From the NCBI GenBank assembly GCA_965224245.1, contig OZ245046.1, positions 2,624,001-2,688,000 on the forward strand: 64,000 nucleotides of DNA, in the 5' to 3' direction. This stretch comes from Candidatus Eiseniibacteriota bacterium (GTDB lineage: Bacteria; Eisenbacteria; RBG-16-71-46; CAZAMP01). Below the pieces are notes generated by a model, which made no database searches, had not been told where the DNA came from, and was given only the letters and a program-made list of their open reading frames with translations. The position numbers and the translations under genes were made by a program. This document shows, piece by piece, positions 18,713-27,022 of the stretch (its first letter is position 1; every line of letters starts with the position of its first letter).

Positions 18713-20280
18713 CGGGTCGCTCCCTCGGAGACGGGGACGGGTTCGCCCGCGCGATCGGCCGGCGGGAGCACCCACGCGACCTCGATCGGGGCACCGGTCG
18801 TGGGATGCGGGAGCGACTCCGATGGGTTCTCGAACCTCCCGGGCCACAGCCGCGCCAGCGGTCCATGAACGGCCAGGAAGACGGCACCCTGGTCGACGAG
18901 CGTCCGCCGGGCGGGCGCATCGCCGGCGAAGAGTCCGTCGGTGGGGATCGCGATGCGAGTCCCGGACGCGCGCCACGCCCATGCCAGCTGCGCGGCCAGA
19001 CCGTAGTCGTCCGACACGATCCACGCCGGCGGCGCCGCCCCCCGCGGGCGGGTCGCCGCCAGCCGGTCACGGAACGGGTCGAGCGGACGGTACTCCCGAA
19101 AGCGCTCCGACCAGCCCCCGGTCGTGGACACCCGCGCCTCGCGCGTGCTGGCGGCGAGGCGATAGGTGCCCGCGGTCCCCGGCAAGCGCGTCTCGAGCGA
19201 GGCCACGAGGTCGGGATGTGTCATGAGCACCACCATCGCCAGGCTCGCCAGTCCCGTCGACGAGACCGCGATCCCCGCGGCTCGCGCGCCCCAGAGCGGT
19301 CGGGCGAACGGAGCCAGGAGGAAGAGTCCCGGCAGCACCCAGTTGCCCTTGAACTGCCCGTTCGTGATCAGCATGACCGCGAAGCACACCACCAGTCCCC
19401 CGCCGAGCACCAACGCGACCCGTGTGGCGTCGGTCATCGGCGGCCGCCTCCGCCGGGGCACGACGCGACGCACGGCGCCCACGAGCGAGCGCAGGCCATC
19501 GCCGGCCAGGACCGGTCCCCCCTCGAACGCCAGCGCGAGCAGCACCACGCCCGCAATCGTCCAGATGCCATGCGTGGGATCGAGTCGTCCGAACGAGAGC
19601 AGCTCGCGGACCATCGCCCCGTTCGTCGCGACCAGCACCGGGGATGCGAGACCGAGCGCGCCCAGTCCGCACGTGAGCCCGACTTGGACCGACACGCGCG
19701 CGCCGAGCAGCCCGGCGACCCCGAGCGGGATCACGAGCACGCCGGTCGGCTTCGCCCAGACGAGGACGCCCGACAGGAGCGTGGCCAGCGCGATCGAGCC
19801 CCCGGCACCGGCGCGCCCGCGTCGCGAGCCGCGGGCGACGTCTTCGAGGACGAGGGCCAGCGCCAGGAAGAGCGGCACGAACACGGCGTCGGGATGCACG
19901 ATCGCACCCGTGTACGTCTGCCAGGGACACAGCGCCAGCGCCGCGAGGAGCGCGCGCCGGCGCGCCGGCGCCACCTCCGCCCGGAGGAGCACGCGGTGGG
20001 CCAGCGCGAGGGTGGCCGCGCCGAGCCCGAGCACGACGAGCCTCGGCATCCACGCCCCCGGCGTTCCGATCGCCGTCACCAGTGCGAGCACGCCCCCCAG
20101 GAGCGGCGCGTACGCCAGGTGCCCCTCGCGCGCCCAGACGACGTACGTCGCCTCGTCGCGCCCCGGCGCCGGGAGCATGAGAAGGGCGAGCCGAAGCACC
20201 CCCGCCACGACGAGCGCGACCCCGAGCCCGCGCGGCCCGACGCCGCGATCCTCGCTCGGGTCGGGGGACGTCGCGCTCAC
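18709..20280 (-). CDS. GT-C fold membrane glycosyltransferase (ArnT/PMT, GT39/83-like)
   Basis: Multi-TM protein with DEATYVVW, YAPL, HPDA, AKPTG, NWVLPG, DYGLAAQLAW. GTGA overlap with the upstream stop. Confidence 0.7.
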   Translation of the reverse strand: MSATSPDPSEDRGVGPRGLGVALVVAGVLRLALLMLPAPGRDEATYVVWAREGHLAYAPLLGGVLALVTAIGTPGAWMPRLVVLGLGAATLALAHRVLLRAEVAPARRRALLAALALCPWQTYTGAIVHPDAVFVPLFLALALVLEDVARGSRRGRAGAGGSIALATLLSGVLVWAKPTGVLVIPLGVAGLLGARVSVQVGLTCGLGALGLASPVLVATNGAMVRELLSFGRLDPTHGIWTIAGVVLLALAFEGGPVLAGDGLRSLVGAVRRVVPRRRRPPMTDATRVALVLGGGLVVCFAVMLITNGQFKGNWVLPGLFLLAPFARPLWGARAAGIAVSSTGLASLAMVVLMTHPDLVASLETRLPGTAGTYRLAASTREARVSTTGGWSERFREYRPLDPFRDRLAATRPRGAAPPAWIVSDDYGLAAQLAWAWRASGTRIAIPTDGLFAGDAPARRTLVDQGAVFLAVHGPLARLWPGRFENPSESLPHPTTGAPIEVAWVLPPADRAGEPVPVSEGATR

Positions 20281-21488
20281 AGCGGCGGCCGGTTGCGCTC
20301 GCCGTAGCCGGTGAGCTCGACGTAGCCGCGCCCGATCGAGGCGCCGGCGGCGCCGGTCACCGTCACCGGTCCCTCCCAGTAGTGGAGCCCGGCGCGCGTG
20401 GAGACGTCCTCCGCGTTCGCCACCACCGGAGACACGACGACGTCCAGCGCCTCGGACGGGATGCGCAGTCGCCAGCGCGTCGGATAGCGGGCACCGGTCT
20501 CGGGGCTGGTCCACGCCCCCGACGCGGTCACGTCGAGGTCGTCGCCGGACAGCCACGCCGGCCGACCCGCTCGATCCACGACCGTGCCGAACATCACGTC
20601 GGCCGCGCCGGTGGAGTCGCGAAGCACGTAGACCATCACGTCCCGGCCATCGGCGAGATGAAGCGCGAGCCAGTCCCAGCCGATCTGGGTCGGCCCGAGT
20701 GCGCTCGTGCTGAACTCCCGGTCCATCCAGCCGAGACCCTCGACGTCGACCGTGCGGCCGCCGAACGTGACGCGGCCGGTCGTGGCGAGCCGCGTGAAGC
20801 TGTAGTACTGGCTGGCGCCTCCGTCACCCTTTCGGCTGTAGCCGTTCGGACCCTGAAAGACGCGCGGCTTCTCCGGCGTCGCGGTCAGCGCGAGCCCGAT
20901 GCCGTTCACGGCGTCGGCCATTCGCAACGCGAAGCCGCCGCCGGTCCACGCGAGCTCCCACCGATCGTCGGTCCCGGCGGGCGCGAGGCTCCAGGCCAGC
21001 ACGGAATCGGGAGGCGTGCCGAATCCGCCGACGAGGCCGCCCGCCCGGCGCAGCACCTCGGAGAACACGTGCCGGCCCTCCTCGAGATCGGTGATCGCGG
21101 CGTGACCCATGACGAGCCTCGAGTCGTCCCACGCCGGTGCGGTCGAGTCGGCGGGCTCGTTGCGGAGCCTCACCTGAAAGAACGTCAGCTGAAACCCGAA
21201 GCGGGGCTGGACCTCGCCGGCGACACGGAGGTGTCCGGTGACGTACCACCACTCGGACCGGTAGCCCTCGTGCGCGAAGTGGTCTCGCGGAAACGACCAC
21301 GCGTAGTCGGGCGTCGCCGTGCGCCAGGGCACGCGCCCGGTCGAGTCGGTGGCCGTCGCCGCCTCCCGTGAGGTCGGCGACGTGTCGGGGACCGCGGCGT
21401 CCGGGGCGGACGTTCCGTGGGCGAGCGCACACGCCGCCCCCGCGGCGGCGATCGCTTTCGGGATCGACCGTCTCCGCGCGCACGTCAT
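20277..21488 (-). CDS. lipocalin-like / CrtC-AttH family secreted protein
   Basis: FPRDHFAH..YRSEWWYVTG, FGFQLTFF, SQYYSFTRL, WMDREFS, GWDWLAL, YWEG. ATGA overlap. Confidence 0.88.
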   Translation of the reverse strand: MTCARRRSIPKAIAAAGAACALAHGTSAPDAAVPDTSPTSREAATATDSTGRVPWRTATPDYAWSFPRDHFAHEGYRSEWWYVTGHLRVAGEVQPRFGFQLTFFQVRLRNEPADSTAPAWDDSRLVMGHAAITDLEEGRHVFSEVLRRAGGLVGGFGTPPDSVLAWSLAPAGTDDRWELAWTGGGFALRMADAVNGIGLALTATPEKPRVFQGPNGYSRKGDGGASQYYSFTRLATTGRVTFGGRTVDVEGLGWMDREFSTSALGPTQIGWDWLALHLADGRDVMVYVLRDSTGAADVMFGTVVDRAGRPAWLSGDDLDVTASGAWTSPETGARYPTRWRLRIPSEALDVVVSPVVANAEDVSTRAGLHYWEGPVTVTGAAGASIGRGYVELTGYGERNRPPL

Positions 21489-23992
21489 CCGACCTCCCGT
21501 CCCAGCTCGGTGGCCGGCGTGCGGCTCACGCCGAGCGCGGGGTAGATGCTGGCCAGCGCGGCGGCGAGCAGGACCACGGCGAGCTCGAACGCCATCGTGC
21601 TCCACGGCCACGCCCAGCGAATGGTCCATCCGAAGTGGGCGCGATTGATCACGAACACGAGGATGACCGCGAACAGGACGCCGCCGACCGATCCGAGCGC
21701 GGTGCCCAGCGCGCCGATCCCGATGCCCTCGCTCAGGAACGTCGTACCGAGCTGCCGGCGACTCCCGCCCAGGCAGCGAAGGAGCGCGAACTCCGCGCGT
21801 CGCTCGCGCGCGGTGATCACGAGCGTGCTCGTGACACCGGTGGCCGCCACCACGAGCGCGAGCACCTGCAAGAGGCGCGTGATCGCGAAGGTCTGATCGA
21901 AGATCTCCAGGCTGTCCCCGCGGATCCGCGCGTTGCTCCGGATCTCGAGTGGCACGTCCGGGAGAGCCGCGCGAAGACGCTCCACCGTGCGATCCGCATC
22001 CTCGCCGCGCTCGAGGTAGAGGGCCACGTTCTCGGTCGCGCCGGGTCCGAAGACGCGGTCGAAGTGAGGTCGCGCCATGATCACCGCGCCCGACTCCGAC
22101 GCGTAGTCGTGATACACCGCCGCGATCGGCAGACGAGCGGGGCGCACGCCGGGCACGTCGAGCGTGTCGCCCGGTCCCAGCGACAGCCGGCGCGCGAGGG
22201 GCTCGGAGATCAGGATGCCGCGAGCGGCGTCGAGCGCGTCGATGGCCACGTCGGCCGAGCCCGCCGCGAGCCGTAGACGGGTCTCGTCGAACGGGACCCC
22301 GAAGCCGATGCCGGCGAACGAGACGGGGCGTCCCCCGATCCGGAGCACCGTCTGGCGAAGGGTATCGACCGCGCGCACCGGTGGCGCGGCGAGCACCTCC
22401 AGCACGTCCTCGGTCATCGTGGGTGCGCCCGCACCGCGCGACCACGCGGCCGGCGTCACGTACACGTCGGCGCGAAGCGTCGCGTCGAGCCAGACCACGA
22501 GCGTCTCGCGGAAGCTGGCGACCATGATCGTCACGCCGAGCAACATGCTCACGGAGGTGGCCAGCGCGGCGACGGCGACGCTGGACGCGGACAGCCGGGC
22601 GACCAGGCTCCTGACGCCCATCGACCACCCGAGCGCGGTCACCTGAACACGCTCACACACCAGCCGCACGGCCATGGGCGTCCACGAGACGAGCGCGATG
22701 AGCACGCCGAGCGCCAGCACGAAGCCGAAGTCCGTCCATGCACCGGCCCCCGAGGCGAGCGCGATGAGAACGCCCGCCGCGACGGCGGTTCCCAGCCCGA
22801 AGAGGCGCCACGACCAGCGACGGAGGCGATCGTCCGGCGCCCCCGGAGACAGGAGCGTGCGGGGCGGGCGGCGCACGAGCTCGAGCGTCGGACCGAGCGT
22901 GGCCAGGATCGGCACCACGAGGGCGAGGAGGAGCCCGAACGCCACCGTCGCTCCCGACACCCGGACACCACGGATCTCGTTCAGCAGGTAGACGTTCGTG
23001 AGCGTGGCACTGACCCGGTCCACGCTCGCGTCCGCGGCCACGATCGCCAGCGGCAGCCCAAGAAGACCGCCGGCCAGACCCAGCGCGACCGCCTCGGCGA
23101 GCAAGGTCCCGGCCACGGCGAGTCGGCTCGCGCCGAGCACGCGCAGCACGCCGACCTCGCGCCGGCGGCGACCGAGGGACGCCCGCACCGCCGCGAAGAT
23201 CAGGAAGCCGCCGACGAGCACGCTGATCAAGCTCATCGCGGTCAGGTTCAGGCGAAACGCCGACAGGAGCTGCGCGGTGTCGTCGCGACGCTCGGAGGCC
23301 GTGGAGGCGGTGAACCGGGGACCCAGGCGGGCCTCGAGCCGGCGGGCCACATCCTCGATCGGGATGCCGGGCGCGACCGACACGTGAATCTCGCTGAGCA
23401 CGCCCCGCGCGCCGAACCGCCGTTGCGCATCGGCGATGTCCACGAAGACCATCGTCGGGGACGCGAGCGGGCTCAGGTCGCCGAAATCGAGCGCGGCGAC
23501 CACCACGAGCCCCAGGCGTTCCACTCCGTTGGCGACCACCAGCGTGTCGCCGGGCTCGAGCACGAGGTTCCGCGCCAGTTGATCGGACACGACGGCCCAC
23601 CGGGGTGTGGCGATCACGTCGATGTCCCGATCGGGAGGCAGCGCACCCACGGTGAAGGGATCGATGCCGACGATCTCCAGCATCGAGCCCGGACGATCGG
23701 GCAGCGTGGCCCGGGCGCGAATCACCGGACGCGCCTCCCGCACGCCCTCGGTGCCGAGCACGGCCGGAAAGACCCGCTCGTCGAACGTGGCCGCATCACC
23801 GATCACGCTGATCTCGGCGTCACCCATCACCGCAGCCAGGCTACCCGCGAACGCACCGACCGCGTTCGCGCTGATGAGCCGGACCGCGACGACCGACGAC
23901 GTCCCCAGCGCCACGCCGAAGACGCAGAGGAGCGCGAGGATTCGCGATCCTTCGACGTGCGCGAGGAACGCGCGGACGACGTAGCGAATCAC
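21485..23992 (-). CDS. FtsX-like double-domain ABC transporter permease (AttF/G-like)
   Basis: GVALGTSSVVAV, AFRLNLTAMSLISVLVGGFLIF, RRREVGVLRVLG, IFDQTFAIT, VINRAHFGW. GTGA overlap. Confidence 0.9.
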   Translation of the reverse strand: MIRYVVRAFLAHVEGSRILALLCVFGVALGTSSVVAVRLISANAVGAFAGSLAAVMGDAEISVIGDAATFDERVFPAVLGTEGVREARPVIRARATLPDRPGSMLEIVGIDPFTVGALPPDRDIDVIATPRWAVVSDQLARNLVLEPGDTLVVANGVERLGLVVVAALDFGDLSPLASPTMVFVDIADAQRRFGARGVLSEIHVSVAPGIPIEDVARRLEARLGPRFTASTASERRDDTAQLLSAFRLNLTAMSLISVLVGGFLIFAAVRASLGRRRREVGVLRVLGASRLAVAGTLLAEAVALGLAGGLLGLPLAIVAADASVDRVSATLTNVYLLNEIRGVRVSGATVAFGLLLALVVPILATLGPTLELVRRPPRTLLSPGAPDDRLRRWSWRLFGLGTAVAAGVLIALASGAGAWTDFGFVLALGVLIALVSWTPMAVRLVCERVQVTALGWSMGVRSLVARLSASSVAVAALATSVSMLLGVTIMVASFRETLVVWLDATLRADVYVTPAAWSRGAGAPTMTEDVLEVLAAPPVRAVDTLRQTVLRIGGRPVSFAGIGFGVPFDETRLRLAAGSADVAIDALDAARGILISEPLARRLSLGPGDTLDVPGVRPARLPIAAVYHDYASESGAVIMARPHFDRVFGPGATENVALYLERGEDADRTVERLRAALPDVPLEIRSNARIRGDSLEIFDQTFAITRLLQVLALVVAATGVTSTLVITARERRAEFALLRCLGGSRRQLGTTFLSEGIGIGALGTALGSVGGVLFAVILVFVINRAHFGWTIRWAWPWSTMAFELAVVLLAAALASIYPALGVSRTPATELGREVG

Positions 23993-24669
23993 GGCGTCTC
24001 GAGTCGCCCGCCACGCAAGAGCCAGCGCGCGCCGGCGCGGGCGGCCAGCTGATCGTCGTGCGTCACCACGACCAGCGTCACCTCCTCGTGCCGCACGAGC
24101 TCGAGGAGCACGTCGATCACGTGCGTCCCCGACGCGTCGTCCAGGTTTCCCGTCGGCTCGTCGGCGAGCAAGAGCGACGGGCGCCGGCACAGCGCCCGGC
24201 AGATCGCCACGCGCTGCGCCTCGCCGCCGCTGAGGCGCTCGACGCGGTCGTACGCACGATCGGCGAGCCCCACGCGCGCCAGGAGGGCCATGGCGCGCTC
24301 GCGTGCGGACGGGAGCCGATCGCCGGCGATCATGGACGGCAGGAGCACGTTCTCCACCACCGACAGGTGCGAGAGCAGGTGGAAGAACTGGAACACGAAC
24401 CCGACGTGGTCGCGCCGGAGACGCGTCCGCGCCTCGTCCGAGACGCGACCCAGGTCCCGGTCGAAGAGCGTGATGCGGCCGGAGGTGGGCACGTCGATGC
24501 CGGCGGCCAGGTTCAGGAGCGTGGACTTCCCGGCGCCGCTCGGTCCCAGGATCGCGACCGACGACGCCTTCGGCAGCGCGAAGTCGACCGCGTCCAGAAC
24601 GCGGCGAACGTTGCCGGACGTGTCGCGGTACGACTTTCCGACGCTCTGGAAGCTCAGGACGGGATTCAT
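23989..24669 (-). CDS. ABC transporter ATP-binding protein (LolD/AttE-like)
   Basis: GPSGAGKS, GFVFQFFHL, LSGGEAQRVA, LLADEPTGNLD, VTHD. Confidence 0.95.
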   Translation of the reverse strand: MNPVLSFQSVGKSYRDTSGNVRRVLDAVDFALPKASSVAILGPSGAGKSTLLNLAAGIDVPTSGRITLFDRDLGRVSDEARTRLRRDHVGFVFQFFHLLSHLSVVENVLLPSMIAGDRLPSARERAMALLARVGLADRAYDRVERLSGGEAQRVAICRALCRRPSLLLADEPTGNLDDASGTHVIDVLLELVRHEEVTLVVVTHDDQLAARAGARWLLRGGRLETP

Positions 24670-24746
24670 CGCCGATCCACGATACCGGTCCGCCGGGCGC
24701 CTGACCAGCGGGATCGGTCGGGATCGGGTGCGCGCGATCGCCCGCG

Positions 24747-26987
24747 TCAGGCGGCGCGCTCGATGGCGTCCCCGGGATCCCGCCGCCCCGCCGACGCCCC
24801 CAGTACGCTGGCCAGCGTCGCGAACAGAACGTCGGGTCGGATGGGCTTGGCGACGTGCGCGTCCATGCCGGCCGCGAGACAGCGTTCGCGATCCTGCTTG
24901 AGCGCGTGGGCCGTGAGCGCCACGATCGGCACGTGCCCGCCGGTCCGCCGCTCCTGCTCGCGGATCACGGCGGTCGCCTCGAACCCGTCCATCTCCGGCA
25001 TCGACAGGTCCATCAGGATCGCGTCGTAGTCGAAGCGACCCACCTTCTCGACCGCCTCCAGGCCGGTGTTCGCGATCGAGACCTCGTACCCCTCGCGCTC
25101 GAGGAGGCGAGCCGCGATCAGCTGATTGACGCGGTTGTCCTCCACGAGGAGCACGTGGCGCGTCAGCGGAACCTCACACGGCGTCTCGTCCTCCTCCTCG
25201 GTGATGGAGGCGGCGAGCGCGTTCGTCAGCGCATCAAAGAGCTCGGAGCGCCGGACGGGCTTCTCCAGGGTGGCGCCCCCCAGCATCGACGTCCAGGCGA
25301 GCTCGCCCCCCCGGCGCCGGCTCGTCACGAGCTGGACCGCGCTCCGATCCAGCCCACCGTTCAGACGGAGCGCGCCGATCAGGTTGGCCACCTCGGTCAC
25401 GGGCACGGCCTCCACGTCGATGATGGCCGCACGAAACGGTGCCCGCGTCGCGCGGTGCAGGGCATCGATCGCGTCCTCGAAGGTCGCCACGACGGTCGGC
25501 TTGACGTCCCACGAGTGCAGCGTGTCCCGGAGGAAGCTGGCCGTGAGCCGACTGGGCTCGAACACGAGGATGGAGGCGCCGTGGATCGGCGTCGAGGACC
25601 GCGTGGACGCGGGCAGCACCGATCGCGACCCCAGTGTGAACGGTACCGCGAGGATGAACGCCGACCCCCGGGGCCGGCGGTGCTCGAGTCGGATGTGTCC
25701 GCCGAGCAGCCGCGCGATCTCGCCGGAGACGGTCAGCCCCAGTCCGATCCCCCCCGCCTCGCGGGTGGACCGGCCGTCGGCCTGGGTGAACGCCTCGAAG
25801 ATCAGCCCTTCCTTCTCCGCGGACACGCCGACGCCGGTGTCCAGCACCGAGAACGACAGCTCGACCTGCCCGTCGCGCCAGCCGTCCACGGCCACGTTCA
25901 GCTCGATGTGGCCCTCGCGCGTGAACTTGATCGCGTTGTCCAGGAGATGCATGAGCGCCTGCCTTACCCGACGCACGTCCCCGATGAGCGCGTCCGGCAC
26001 GTCCAGGGAGACGCGATAGACCAGATCGAGACCGTGCGCGTGCGCGCGAGGAGAGAGCGAGCGCACGAGCTCCTGCAGGAAGTCCCTGAGACCGAACGGA
26101 CCCGGGGTCACCTCGAGCGTTCCCGCCTCGGCGCTGGTGAAGTCCAGCACCCGCTCCACGGTGGACAGGAGCGTGTCCGCCGCATCCTCCATCGCCGCGA
26201 CGTGCTGGCGCTGCTCGGTGTCCAGACCGGTGGCGCCCAGAAGCTCGAGATGCCCCATGATCCCGTTCAACGGCGTCCGGATCTCGTGGCTGACGTTCGC
26301 GAGGAACTGGTCCTTCGCGCTGCTGGCGACCGCCGACGCCTCGACGGCCTCCTCCAGCGTGCGCGCGTGCGCGTGGAGAAGCCGGTTACCGATCAGGGAC
26401 TCGCGAAACGCCCGCGTGTGCTGAGCGGCGGTCTTCAACGTGATCACGAGGAAAAGCACGAGCATCGTCGCGATCGCCGGGCCGACCTCGGGGATCACGA
26501 GTCCCGCGGTCAGCGCCCCCGGCATCGTGACCACCACGACGAAGGCCCGCACCAGGGGCCCGTTCGGAAGCGAGGTCACCGCGGTGGACGCGATCCCCGC
26601 GATGGCCACGATCGTCACGTAGGAGGTCCAGGTCGCGCCGAACATGACGTAGGTGATGCTGGAGAAGGCCGCCCAGAGCGCTCCGGTGGCGAGCACCGAC
26701 GCCGCGAACATACGGCGCCAGCGTCGGCTGTGTCGCTCGTACATGCGCGCGAAGCGCCGGATGACCCACATCCGGACCAGTCCGGCCAGAAGGAACGCAC
26801 CGACGACCGGCGTCAGCAGGCTCGCGTGATCGTGGACCCAGCCGGAGATCAGAAACAGGAGCAGCGCGAGAAGCGAATGCCCCAGCGCCACCGCGCGGGA
26901 CCGATGGCACAGCTCTTGAGCCGTGTCGCGCTCGATCGCGGCCAGATCCTCCGGACCGAGCCGGAGTCGCTCCTGCTTGAGGGCCAT
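24747..26987 (-). CDS. membrane hybrid sensor histidine kinase (HisKA-HATPase-degenerate REC-REC)
   Basis: About 6 TM segments; ANVSHEIRTPLNGI, NAIKFT, DTGVG, GGIGLGL; C-terminal REC (VEDNRVN, LMDLSMPEMDG, KP). Confidence 0.92.
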   Translation of the reverse strand: MALKQERLRLGPEDLAAIERDTAQELCHRSRAVALGHSLLALLLFLISGWVHDHASLLTPVVGAFLLAGLVRMWVIRRFARMYERHSRRWRRMFAASVLATGALWAAFSSITYVMFGATWTSYVTIVAIAGIASTAVTSLPNGPLVRAFVVVVTMPGALTAGLVIPEVGPAIATMLVLFLVITLKTAAQHTRAFRESLIGNRLLHAHARTLEEAVEASAVASSAKDQFLANVSHEIRTPLNGIMGHLELLGATGLDTEQRQHVAAMEDAADTLLSTVERVLDFTSAEAGTLEVTPGPFGLRDFLQELVRSLSPRAHAHGLDLVYRVSLDVPDALIGDVRRVRQALMHLLDNAIKFTREGHIELNVAVDGWRDGQVELSFSVLDTGVGVSAEKEGLIFEAFTQADGRSTREAGGIGLGLTVSGEIARLLGGHIRLEHRRPRGSAFILAVPFTLGSRSVLPASTRSSTPIHGASILVFEPSRLTASFLRDTLHSWDVKPTVVATFEDAIDALHRATRAPFRAAIIDVEAVPVTEVANLIGALRLNGGLDRSAVQLVTSRRRGGELAWTSMLGGATLEKPVRRSELFDALTNALAASITEEEDETPCEVPLTRHVLLVEDNRVNQLIAARLLEREGYEVSIANTGLEAVEKVGRFDYDAILMDLSMPEMDGFEATAVIREQERRTGGHVPIVALTAHALKQDRERCLAAGMDAHVAKPIRPDVLFATLASVLGASAGRRDPGDAIERAA

Positions 26988-27022
26988 CGGCCCTTCGGGC
27001 GACCCGGCGCCGCGCGCGCGGT

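Noticed and set aside
20277-21488. Carotenoid 1,2-hydratase (crtC) in a carotenoid pathway
   Set aside because: No crt genes are nearby; the context is the Att-type ABC module and the protein has an export signal.
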